Assembly: GCA_030324005.1 (NCBI GenBank)
Contig: JARDVH010000154.1
Coordinates: 4,066,362-4,130,361 of the forward strand
DNA: 64,000 nucleotides
From: Negaprion brevirostris
Taxonomy: Eukaryota
Direction: 5' to 3'
Below, in pieces: positions 1 to 10,560 of the stretch (positions are counted from its first letter, which is position 1; every line of letters starts with the position of its first letter). A model generated the notes under the pieces. It was not told where the DNA came from. It did not search any database and was given only the letters and a program-made list of their open reading frames with translations. The translations under genes were made by a program, and so were the position numbers.

Positions 1-346
1 ATAGAAAATTGGATCCAGCTAGTTATGTTTGCAATTACAATACAATTCCAAAAGTATACATTTACAACTAGAAACATATTTACAATTTGCGTTATTTAAA
101 ACTTTACTACACTATCCATGCACATGAATAGTTACTTTAGATCTATCCGCATATTGGGCAGATGGCTAATTAAATAGGTGAATACTTCAGATAATCTGCA
201 ATAACAGTCCGCTCCAGGTATTATTAGTGGGACCATCTTCCATATATTTATAATACATAAAATGTTTTGTCACAGAAACCATTCCTTCGGGTAGCAAAAC
301 ACCAGAAATTCTTGTTAACTAATATCCATAAGTTTGCGATGACAAT

Positions 347-430
347 AACTGGAGTAATTCAGGCAGTTTCTTGTCACTGCGATCAAACAGAATCCCAACA
401 ACATGAAACTACCTAAGTCACACAACAGTT
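347..430 (-). ncRNA. mir-196a: miR-196a precursor hairpin; mature 5p arm at 394-415
   Basis: The reverse complement of 394-415 is UAGGUAGUUUCAUGUUGUUGGG, the canonical miR-196a-5p. A complementary 3p arm (GUGACAAGAAACUGCCUGAA) and closing AACUG/CAGUU pairing are present. It lies just 3' of a Hox10 gene, the conserved Hox9-Hox10 position. Confidence 0.97.
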
Positions 431-1094
431 CCATTTCATTTGCACCATAGATTGGTCCTAACGAGTTGAGCTCAATTCATCATTAAAATGAAGACCATCA
501 TTGTGAATTATGTATTTTGCTACACATTATTATTTAAGAATTCATTAATTAATAAAAAAGGTCTCACATTTACAAGAAAGGAAAGGAAGGGAAACTATTT
601 AGAAATTGCACAGTTGCATGCGGCTTCTTCATTGTAACCATCTCTGTTTAATTACTCTAGCAGGAGCAGATCATCCTATTTTGGCAATACTTCGGTAGTA
701 TTTAGCGTGCAAATAGACATGTAAGAAGCTGAAACAATTGGCGTTACTATACTGAATCAATACCATGTTAAAGAATCAAAGATTTCACTTCCTAACACAG
801 TCGGCTGACTGCTGCAACAACAAACTTCAGCAGATCCAAACATTCAATTTTCTACAAAGCCCATATGGCTGAAACCGGCCTTAAAGGGTCGCTGGGAAAA
901 CGACATTAACGTGACAACAATGCCCTACCATTCTCATCATGTTTTCCAAAGTCTTGAAAACAAATTTGGACAAGTTAGCGAGTTTCCACTTGGAGTTTGT
1001 CAAGGAAAGTAAAGTGCGACCATTTCCTGATCTCAAAGCTATGCTGTGCAGAATGCCGCTCGGAGCCAAACTGCCCAAGTCCAACAAGTCCTAC

Positions 1095-1160
1095 ATGACA
1101 GCAAATTGCCAAACATATTTATAAGCCATAAAACTTTACAAAAGCGGACGTGGTCGTCCT
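1095..1160 (-). promoter_or_regulatory. Cdx/Hox site plus TATA-like and Meis motifs upstream of miR-196 (possible pri-miRNA promoter or enhancer)
   Basis: The minus strand reads GTAAAGTTTTATGGCTTATAAATATG...GCTGTCATG, ~700 bp 5' of the hairpin. Motif match only. Confidence 0.4.
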
Positions 1161-3584
1161 TGGAGCATCGTCAGTGCCCACAGTCAGTTACAACCGTCTG
1201 GATGGTATTTAAATCACCGACACCGGATACCAAATAAATTTCAAACTGCAGGGTTTTCTTTAGGGGTGGAAGCATCGGAATTCCCTGTCCTTTTTTTCTC
1301 AACCATCAACTTGTCCATTTCAGGTCAATTTCACGGGTTCACAATCAGCCAACCAACGTCCATGATATATTCGAGCCAGACTTGAGGAAAGAACCACTAA
1401 AGAGCAAATGGCCACAACAAAACTTAACAGGCTTTTAGACATTAAAAAAAAAAGAATTATAGAAATGCCAAACACAATTTTATTGTTATTTTTATATCTG
1501 CATTTTAATATTAGTCTGTGATCAGGTTCAGAAATAATGCAATCAATTTAAGACGTGAAATATACAGGACATGCTATTCAAAAAAAATACTTTCAACACT
1601 TACTTTACACCATGAAGGTAAAATATTTATTTTAACAGTTATTTCTGAATGGTCCCCAAATATGGCCCTCTCCTACAAACGAATTGTGCGGAGTTCAATG
1701 TGCATAGCAGTAGACATCAGGTAATGGAAAGAACCTTAAAGTCTTTGGTATAGCAAGCTTCCTCATATGTTTTAAAAATAAATATTACATCTTATCTGCC
1801 ATTACACATTTGTCAATCTGAAAATCTTTACCTAAAAAAGACATATGCCAAACTAATTGAGAGGACAGAGTATCATAGTTTGTCGGTTTGATGAACATTT
1901 GAGAGATACATTATTCTTAAGCACAAACACATTTTAATTGTAGTGTATAATCTCCAGTAAGATTGTAGTTCACTGCAAGAATGATAATCGACACTCATAA
2001 TANNNNNNNNNNNNNNNNNNNNNNNNNNNNNNNNNNNNNNNNNNNNNNNNNNNNNNNNNNNNNNNNNNNNNNNNNNNNNNNNNNNNNNNNNNNNNNNNNN
2101 NNTCATAATAAGTTTAAAGTTGAATTTTAACAGTTTGCTGTATATTCACATCATTTACGCAACAGAAGTTCAAATGAACAACTATTCATCTTCCCCAGAT
2201 CAGTGACTGACGAAGCAATTGCCAGGGATTTTATCTATTTCAGTTTTCTGATGTATTTAAGCTGCAATTTGTACTGTGAGTTCATGTTAATTTATTGGTT
2301 TTTCACATTCCATTCACATTTCGATGGGAAGCTTTACGTCACATCTCCAGTGTGGAAGAGAATCAGAAATTAAACCATGAAATTAGGACTAAATCTTGTT
2401 AAACAGGTTGGTGTCCAATTACACCCCACTAAAAATTAGATCAATGGAAGTTTTCAGTAATAAAATTGAACTAGTAGCTAACAGGAACCTATGCCTTTTC
2501 AAGGGATATGCGCCAGGTGTGGAGGCCAACTCATGAATATTTCAGTCAGTTAGTCAAAGGGGCACAAAAGCTGCATAAGCATCTGCCTTCTCATAACAAT
2601 TGTAATAAGATCATTAAAAAGTGTTCTATCTTGATTTTTGTTTCTTAGTTTTAAAAGCCTCTGTTAATTAATTTGTATCCAATTGATGTTTTATGTCTTC
2701 TGCAAATCCTTATGTAAATCAAGCCTTCAGTTATGAGATGCTGTTTTAAGCCGAGTGAACGGTAAAATATGTTGTTAATCTGCAATACACTGAATGCACT
2801 CCTAAATAATTTATCGTTAACATTTTAAGACGTTTCGGTATGAAATACGCTGGACAATGCAAGGATTAGTATCATAATCGCTATGAAGCCCACGTGCAAT
2901 ATTCATTGTTTGGATATTTTCATGTACTGCTGTATCTGTGTATTGATAAAGAACAATTTTAATTTTGGAATCCTTCGAAACATTTTAATAATAAAACTAA
3001 TACTCGATATTAAATTGGTGAATTTATCTACTGAATGTACATAACAGCAACGAAAACAATTGTACATTATTTGTTATTATTGTTGCAATGCCNNNNNNNN
3101 NNCATTCAATAACCTATATAAATAACAGTTCTTGCGTACTAAAAAGCAAGAAGGATTCATGGTTGGCCGACCATCTCTGGAAATGGATTTTCACATTTAC
3201 ACCTTCTCATTACTTTAAGAAACAGCTTTGTTTTAAGATGAATCATAATGCATATATCCGTGAGTATGTAGTAATTCAAAATGTACCCTTTGGTAGACGA
3301 GGATTTCCCATAATTATCGACCTCTAATTGCTTCAATATGCCTGCCTATTTTGAGGCTAGTTTCAAACTATAACAAGCGCTTCACTCTTGTGCGTGAAGT
3401 ATGCATACGCAGATGGCGTAGTATATATATAATAGGNNNNNNNNNNNNNNNNNNNNNNNNNNNNNNNNNNNNNNNNNNNNNNNNNNNNNNNNNNNNNNNN
3501 NNNNNNNNNNNNNNNNNNNNNNNNNNNNNNNNNNNNNNNCGATTAAATCCAAGAAAAGGACCAAATGGATAAAGCAAGTCAGGT

Positions 3585-3590
3585 TTTATT
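3585..3590 (-). other. candidate polyadenylation signal for HoxB10
   Basis: AATAAA on the minus strand ~360 nt after the stop; another lies at 3896-3901. No transcript evidence. Confidence 0.3.
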
Positions 3591-3951
3591 GCATTTGTGG
3601 AACATTCTTTCAGCTCCTTTCCTCATAGTAAAGCGATAGGACATTAAATTATCTGATGGCAATTAATGAGCTTGCCCAGTAAACGAGTCTTCAGATTGTT
3701 CCGTTTCAACAGCGAACCAGTAACTTTTTGTTATGTTCAGTTATTTTGAACTTGCAAGTCCTTCATCCGGCTATGTCCCTTCTCCTTTGCTGGCTTAATG
3801 TTGTTCTAGCGACTAGACTTCTGAACTTGCAACCTCTCCCCCTCCCCCAGCCCCATTAATATTGTTGTAACACAGCAACCACTTCAACGAGACGCTTTAT
3901 TTCGTCCTCCGTCTCGTATATGTTTGATTTTGCAAAACACCAATTCTTTCA

Positions 3952-4223
3952 TCAGATGGGGAACGTTGCCGATATTTCTCGAACTCTGTGCTCTCTGCTC
4001 ATCTTTTTTAGTTTCATTCTTCGGTTTTGAAACCAGATTTTGACTTGTCTGTCGGTTAGATTGACGCTCCGGCTGATCTCCAGGCGGCGCTCTCGAGTTA
4101 AATACATGTTAAAGAGGAACTCCTTTTCTAATTCCAGTGTCTGTTGCTTGGTGTACGGGCAGCGCTTCTTCCTTCCGCCCTTCGCCGTCAGCCAGTTTAT
4201 CGTATTCTCAGCCTTTGCACTCT
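3952..4223 (-). CDS. HOXB10: Hox paralogy group 10 gene, exon 2 (homeodomain)
   Basis: Translates to (E)[89 protein letters not shown]. The NWLTAK and [15 protein letters not shown] motifs are PG10-diagnostic. Acceptor TTTGTTTTTCCCGATTGACAG ends at 4224, phase 1. The B assignment is inferred from the REHR tail (RENR in A/C/D10) and from the lack of Hox11/12 upstream. Confidence 0.9.
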
Positions 4224-5919
4224 CTGTCAATCGGGAAAAACAAATTGTCAAACGACCTGCAGAATAAAATGGATTCTGTTCTTCCTCCCTTTCCTTTATC
4301 ACCAACGAGACCAGGGGTTGCAATAAAGGTATCCCAATTGAGAGCGGGGAGGGGTAAGGCTGTCGGCACATAGTCAACGAGTTCATATTTTATCCTGATT
4401 CTCATTAGCACATGTTGTTTCATACCGCAGCATTACCTGTTCTAATGTAACTTCATATCGTATCAAAATCAGAATTTCACCAACTTTTCTTAAAGAGGAA
4501 TCGGGCACTTGGGTAAATAGCTACAATGAAGGCCTAAGGTTTGATATAATACAAGTTGCACTAGTATTCGATTGCTAACGAGATTGAAATGGAAAATGAT
4601 GGAATAAGACATGACAAACAATACATAGCACGCCTTTCCCTTACAAAAAAAGTCCCAAAAATTGCGAACATATTGTTGATTGAAAATACAGCTAAATATT
4701 AGCTTGACCATGGCAGACCATACGTCTCAAGTTCCAATTAATAATACCAATTTTTGAAAACAGACAAATTTAATTTCTGGGTTATCTCAGAGCATTTAAA
4801 CGCCTATTAACTTTCCTGAACTAATGTTTAAACCAGGCGACCTTATTAACGCTTGTTTTAGAACAGAACGGTTGCATTGCAAAATAACCTTTAGACCTTA
4901 CAATTTCGCCTTTAAGCTGGATTTTCACTTAAAGATTATGGCTTGTGTAAGTGAGGGGAAGAGATCATTCTCGGAAAGGCGACGGGAAAGCACANNNNNN
5001 NNNNNNNNNNNNNNNNNNNNNNNNNNNNNNNNNNNNNNNNNNNNNNNNNNNNNNNNNNNNNNNNNNNNNNNNNNNNNNNNNNNNNNNNNNNNNNAAGGCG
5101 ACGGGAAAGCACAAACATAGGGACAGTTGTTTTCAACAGAAAGTCAGATGAAGTTTCTCCAAGCTTTTAATTTTGCATTATTTGCTGAAAATCTTACATC
5201 CCTTTGATTAATTTTAATGCAAAAGTTGACATTTTTAATGATGTAATTCGCCATTCACAAGTTTTGTGATGAAATGTTTTATGTTGAACTGTTTCTACAT
5301 AACCTTTTAGATTAATTCGCAGTTTTATTTTTTAAATGTAACATGATCTCTGGGATAACCTTACTGTATAAAAGACAGCTATTGTCGATGCCACGAATAT
5401 TGTTGTATTTGAATTGAAATTGTATGAGCTAATCCAATATTAAGAAAAAGCTCAATGTTTCCAAATTGTAAATACAAATCTACGTTTATCAACATCTTTA
5501 GAGTTTGCACTGATAAAGCACAAGCTATTTGAGCTTCTAGAAAACGACAGTGTGTTTTAATGAAATGCTATACTTAAAATATGAGTGGACATAAAGGCGA
5601 TAAACCACTAAATAGATAGTTTTTAGGATCAGAATACATGTTACGCCCACACAGCAGACACGCTTTTCACTTTGTTGAAAGGGTTTAAAACAATGGGACA
5701 CAGGAAATGGTTTATCCGTTCAGTTACTAAGTGCATAAACTTGCCAAACTAATAATCTCCTAAAGAAGGGATCGATATAGGTTAAATTTTCGGCTCATGC
5801 AAAAAGCAGCGGATGTGATAGTTCCTTACCAGCCAAATTTCATTCAGCTTCAAAGGAGAAATACAAGAAAAATATCTGAGTTACAGTTCAAAGATGTTAT
5901 AAATGAAATATATGTAGAA

Positions 5920-6110
5920 AAAGCTGCAAACAACTCAATAGCATCTGCATCAGTGGAGGGAGAACATTTCAGGTCGTGACCATGCATCAGAATGACCTGA
6001 AATCATAACTCCTTCTCGCTCCCTCCACAGATGCTGCAAAGCATGCTGTGTATTTTCAGCATTTTCAGTTTTTCTTTGAGATTTTCAGCATTCACTGTAT
6101 ATTGCTTTTG
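5920..6110. mobile_element. degenerate palindromic Penelope-type terminal-repeat fragment in the Hox10 intron
   Basis: Arms gcatctgcatcagtggagggaga and ctccctccacagatgctgc...ttttcagcatttt are imperfect inverted repeats similar to the copies at 41325-41665 and 43245-43388. Confidence 0.6.
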
Positions 6111-9100
6111 ACCCACACATGAACATTGATTGGCCAGACTCTTGCTTAGGCCTCAGGGTAGTATTTTATCTACTATACTCCGCATCCAATCGTAATTCCC
6201 CAGTATTAAACTCATTTGCAGAGGACCNNNNNNNNNNNNNNNNNNNNNNNNNNNNNNNNNNNNNNNNNNNNNNNNNNNNNNNNNNNNNNNNNNNNNNNNN
6301 NNNNNNNNNNNNNNNNNNNNNNNNNNNNNNNNNNNNNNNNNNNNNNNNNNNNNNNNNNNNNNNNNNNNNNNNNNNNNNNNNNNNNNNNCCATTTATATGC
6401 ATGAACAGAGGGTTTTTTCCCCCTTTTGAACTGCGTCTACCAAATGTTCTGAAAGGTCCAAAATGCAAAGAACTATATGATAATCAGTGTGAAATCACGT
6501 TAGACTTCTCCAAATAGTTTTCTTTTCTAGATGTTGCATGTCAATTTGTTGTTTCTTGTGCTATGGGTGAAAGTTACATCACGTGCTACATTTTCTGTTT
6601 AAATGCTGTATCCTGTTGGGGTGGCTCCCGAGATGAAGATAGAAGCTGTATTCTGTGAATAGACCTGAACGCATTTAAAATGTGGATAATGATTCAACTA
6701 GATTAAAGTGACCGGAACAGCAAGGGCTTGGAAAGAAATACGGCTCTACGGAGCCCGGGGTTCAGTTAAATATTACAATGCAAATTTATATTATGTTATA
6801 AGCAAGCAGCTAATTATTCACTCATGAAAGTACGTTAGTAGCTTGCTATAAAGCTTTATTGTACAGCAAATTGTGTGGCTGAATCCTGCTATCGGGTTTA
6901 TGAAATAACCGTCCTTATTATTTTATAACAACAAGTTAATTATTATTAGAAACTGTGTGGAAATTAACCAAGCACTGTGAATGACAATAAGCTTTTCCAT
7001 TTAACTTTCACTTTGTTACGTACAAGTTCAATTTTAAAAAGAGTTAAAATTTCAAGTCAATATAAGGCCTCCATCTTTATTAGCTACTTTGTCACGTCAT
7101 TAGTTCTTTGTGTGAAGCTGACGTTACTTCAATGCAGCAAAGATGGCGGCAGCGATGTTGTAATAGCGTGTAGTTTTCTCTTGAGGTTTTTGACATCTAT
7201 TAAGAATGGAAATTCCATGAAAGTCAAATAACCTGAAACTAGGTACATCAGCTAAGCTGTGCAATAAATAAAATACAGGGATTATATGTTGCAAAAAATT
7301 AAATAAATCGGAATTGCTCAATTATATTGCACCACACAAGAAATAAAAGTCAATGAGGACTGAATGTTTTCTTTGAGATCAACTAACTGGTGAAAAGAAA
7401 TCAGGAGATCCCCACAGCTGCAGAAAAAATATATCAGGAAATTGTAACAGTCCTCAATCAAGTCTAGTTGTTAGGTTGAACAAAACTTTCCCAATTCAGA
7501 ATCACCCAGTCTGTGCTTTGAGTGCTCGCTGCTGATTTCGTCTAGTTCAATGAATNNNNNNNNNNNNNNNNNNNNNNNNNNNNNNNNNNNNNNNNNNNNN
7601 NNNNNNNNNNNNNNNNNNNNNNNNNNNNNNNNNNNNNNNTCGGAGGTGATCTATGGGTATTCACTGGGCCAAGGGGGCACCTATGACTATTTACAATACT
7701 TTGACTCAAATTCTAAGTTTAACGTGTGCTTAACATGTCTCACATTTGCATAACAATAAACGCATTTGTATACCCCATTGTTACTTGATGCTTAGCACAG
7801 TTTCCTCGTTTGTGTCATTTGATTGTGTGGGTAAACACTCAATAAAACCAATGTTTGCTAAAAAAGAGCCCCTTTCAGTTCACCATTTATGTTTAGATCT
7901 CAACAATATACAAAACAGACACAAGGCGGGAACCAGCCACTTGAACTGTTAGGGATTGCGAAGAGTTTGCCGACTTTCTCGTAACTGAAGTGTCGTTGCT
8001 TTGCAATGTTTCATTATTTAATGTGTCTGAGAGGAGGTGAAGGAAATCCGTTATGGTAGACCCACGTTAATTATAACTTCCTCCCAGTTATTGCATCCTG
8101 GTGTTTATCCACATTTTTTTCTGCGTAGTGTTTCAGCGTTGGGAGGTGCAAGGGTTAGAGATTATAGTTGCTTCTTCTGAAAAGTTTCCTCTGAAGATGC
8201 AGAAATGTGTCTTATTGATTACCACAGAAAGAATCAGCCAATTACTGTTTTGATACTCATTTCATTCCTCATGTGTTAGAATCAGATCAGAGCCATTGGA
8301 ATCATAGATACCTGCCAGAGAATAGTATTTAGAGTGCCTTGGATTACAAATTAGCATGTCCGTTCAATTTGTTTGCCCCTGTGGTTCTTTTGTTTCTAAC
8401 TTACTGAGCAGCAAGTTCCCATATATTACCGCAATACCTCTGCAGCCCTGTGTGATGTAATTTCTCTTAGGCGCCATAATCTAGCTCCATGGTAACAAAT
8501 AGGGCTGAAGTAGACATCACGCAGGGCCACCTAACTCATTTTATTTATATTCGGAATTTAGAATTTAGAATTCCATTTGTAGATTGTTTTCATACACGAA
8601 TCTGTCGCTCGGATACTTGCTTGGCAACTGTCAGACTCAAATTCAATATATCAACACTGACAATTATTTATTTTAAACATCGCTGGTTGCCAATGCAGTG
8701 TTTCCATCAAAACTTTATACTCGAATGTTTGTTTGTGTATTCGTTTAAAATAATATTCATCAGTACATGTGTACGTTTTTATAAATGCCTACACCAACTA
8801 ACAATCCCAGCAATGTTACACACATATATACACACATGGCTGCATATGCTAAGGTAACTATACGAACGGGTGGATTATTAATTATCCGATCAGTTCAATC
8901 AGTTCACCTCTGTGTATACGTGCATTATACACATCTGCAGCCATATAGATAGACGCATTTAACGGAATTATATTATGATTCATATGCATGTTGTGAACAT
9001 TTACCTGTGCATATAATTATTTATGTTCATAAAATCATTTAGCTATATGTAAGTATATACCTGCATTTACATAATGTTTTACCTATGTAATGCAACCTTT

Positions 9101-9284
9101 GTACTTGATCTAACTGCAGTATTCTTCTTAAGAATGTCGTGCTTTTGATAATGCTCATTGTTTTTGCCTAGGTGGGTTGTTTGTATTGGGGACTTTTGCA
9201 GCGATTTCCACTGCAACTAAGGAGTGGCCTTCAGGAGAGGAACAGTCCGCTGTTTTGATCTTTAAAAGGGCACTTAAACGTAAT

Positions 9285-9400
9285 TTACTCTGCCGTAAGG
9301 GGCCAGTCCTATAAACTACTCAAGGTATTAATTTGTACTGAGGGATCATTGTGCTGGGGACAAAAAGGCTCCTTTATGACCTAAATAAAGTCAGCTTGCT
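9285..9400. promoter_or_regulatory. intron-proximal cluster of homeodomain (Abd-B/Cdx-type) sites
   Basis: TAATTTAC, CTATAAA, TTTATGAC and TAAATAAA within ~110 bp just inside the intron, as in Hox intronic regulatory elements. Motif-level evidence only. Confidence 0.35.
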
Positions 9401-9480
9401 GCGGATGAAATTGCGGTATATGCTCCTTTTCCGACTGCCCTGTAAATGTTTCGCTTCCTTTCGTTCATGGTTTTACCCAC

Positions 9481-10344
9481 CTTTCATTTCCTTCTCGGGG
9501 AGGATTTTGTCGGAACCACGAAACTGGAAAGAGGCTGTGTCTTGTACAAATGTACTTTCTCTTCCCCCTGCGTTCTTTCCCGGGTCTCCGCGGCCCGGAT
9601 CTTTGGCGGTGCTCATTTTTGATTCTTTTTCACCTGGTTTTGAGGAGGACGACGTGGCGAAAGAAGAAGTGAAGGAAATGCTGGATTGTATCGAGCACGG
9701 AGTTGTGACTGGCGGTGGCTGGTTGTAATCCGTCGGTTTGTTTGATGAATAGCTCGGTTCTGAACGGAAATAGCTGGGCATGGGAACGCTGCCACTGTCA
9801 CTTGTGCAGCTTTCAGAAATCACCCTTGGATAGACTGAGACCTCAGGGTGCGTCTTCGAGTGCTTACCCCCGTCTAGTAAACAATAGTTGGCTTCTTCCT
9901 TCACACTGGACGTGAAGGAATAAGAGTTTATCTGCTGAAGTCGGCCTGTGTGGATGGATGGTGACTGGTTTACCCACCCTGCCATGCCTGGCACGTACTG
10001 ATGTGGAACCAAAGCTATACCTTGCTGGCTGTTCATCTCCCCTTGTTTATGATGTGATTGGCCAACTTGCCAATTCTGTACCCCGTAGCCCTGGTTCGCC
10101 CTGGAGGACAAATAACCCCCAGGACAATAAGGTTCAGCCCTTCTGGAGCAAATTAAAGACTTCACTTAAAAGGAGCTGGGAGCTGAATNNNNNNNNNNNN
10201 NNNNNNNNNNNNNNNNNNNNNNNNNNNNNNNNNNNNNNNNNNNNNNNNNNNNNNNNNNNNNNNNNNNNNNNNNNNNNNNNNNNNNNNNCAAATTAAAGAC
10301 TTCACTGAAAAGGAGCTGGGAGCTGAATTCTCCGAACATGACAT
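9481..10344 (-). CDS. HOXB10: Hox paralogy group 10 gene, exon 1 (interrupted by an assembly gap with duplicated flanks)
   Basis: ATG at 10344 gives MSCSENSAPSSFSVKSLI, matching the Hox10 MSC..SF.V.SLI start. Later motifs VKEE..YCL and VPMPSYFR are Hox10-like. Donor AAG|GTGGGT at 9481/9480 is phase 1, matching exon 2. Removing the 140-nt gap duplication leaves 724 nt (241 codons + 1). Confidence 0.88.
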
Positions 10345-10399
10345 CGCTGCAGCTTAATTTGCTGAGGGGGGTTGGGGGTGGGGGGGCCGAAGGAAAAAA

Positions 10400-10560
10400 A
10401 AGGTCTTTATCAAACTGACATTTCACTTGGACTCCTCAGATGCCGGCTGCGTTCAACTTCCTCCCAGCCAGCCAATTAAATTCATGGCAACCCCCCGTAG
10501 GCTCCGCCTACATCACGAGGGTTTAGAAATGAGAAGAAAATTGACGTATTTGTGAGACTC
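10400..10560 (-). promoter_or_regulatory. HoxB10 5' leader and proximal promoter
   Basis: Immediately 5' of the ATG. Contains AAATGTCAG (10415-10423), a CCAAT box, an RFX half-site CATGGCAAC and TGACGT. Confidence 0.55.

Noticed and set aside
1322-1341. AGGTCA-n8-GGTTCA as a retinoic acid response element
   Set aside because: The spacing is not the DR2/DR5 typical of Hox RAREs, and there is no other support.
4224-4386. N-terminal extension of ORF 3952-4386 (MNSLTMCRQ...)
   Set aside because: Read-through into the intron upstream of a clear polypyrimidine/CAG acceptor; the real N-terminus comes from exon 1.
4976-5113. Direct repeat aaggcgacgggaaagcaca on both sides of Ns (similar cases near 1994-2110 and 51617-51780)
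   Set aside because: Overlapping contig ends around scaffold gaps, not biological repeats or CRISPR-like arrays.
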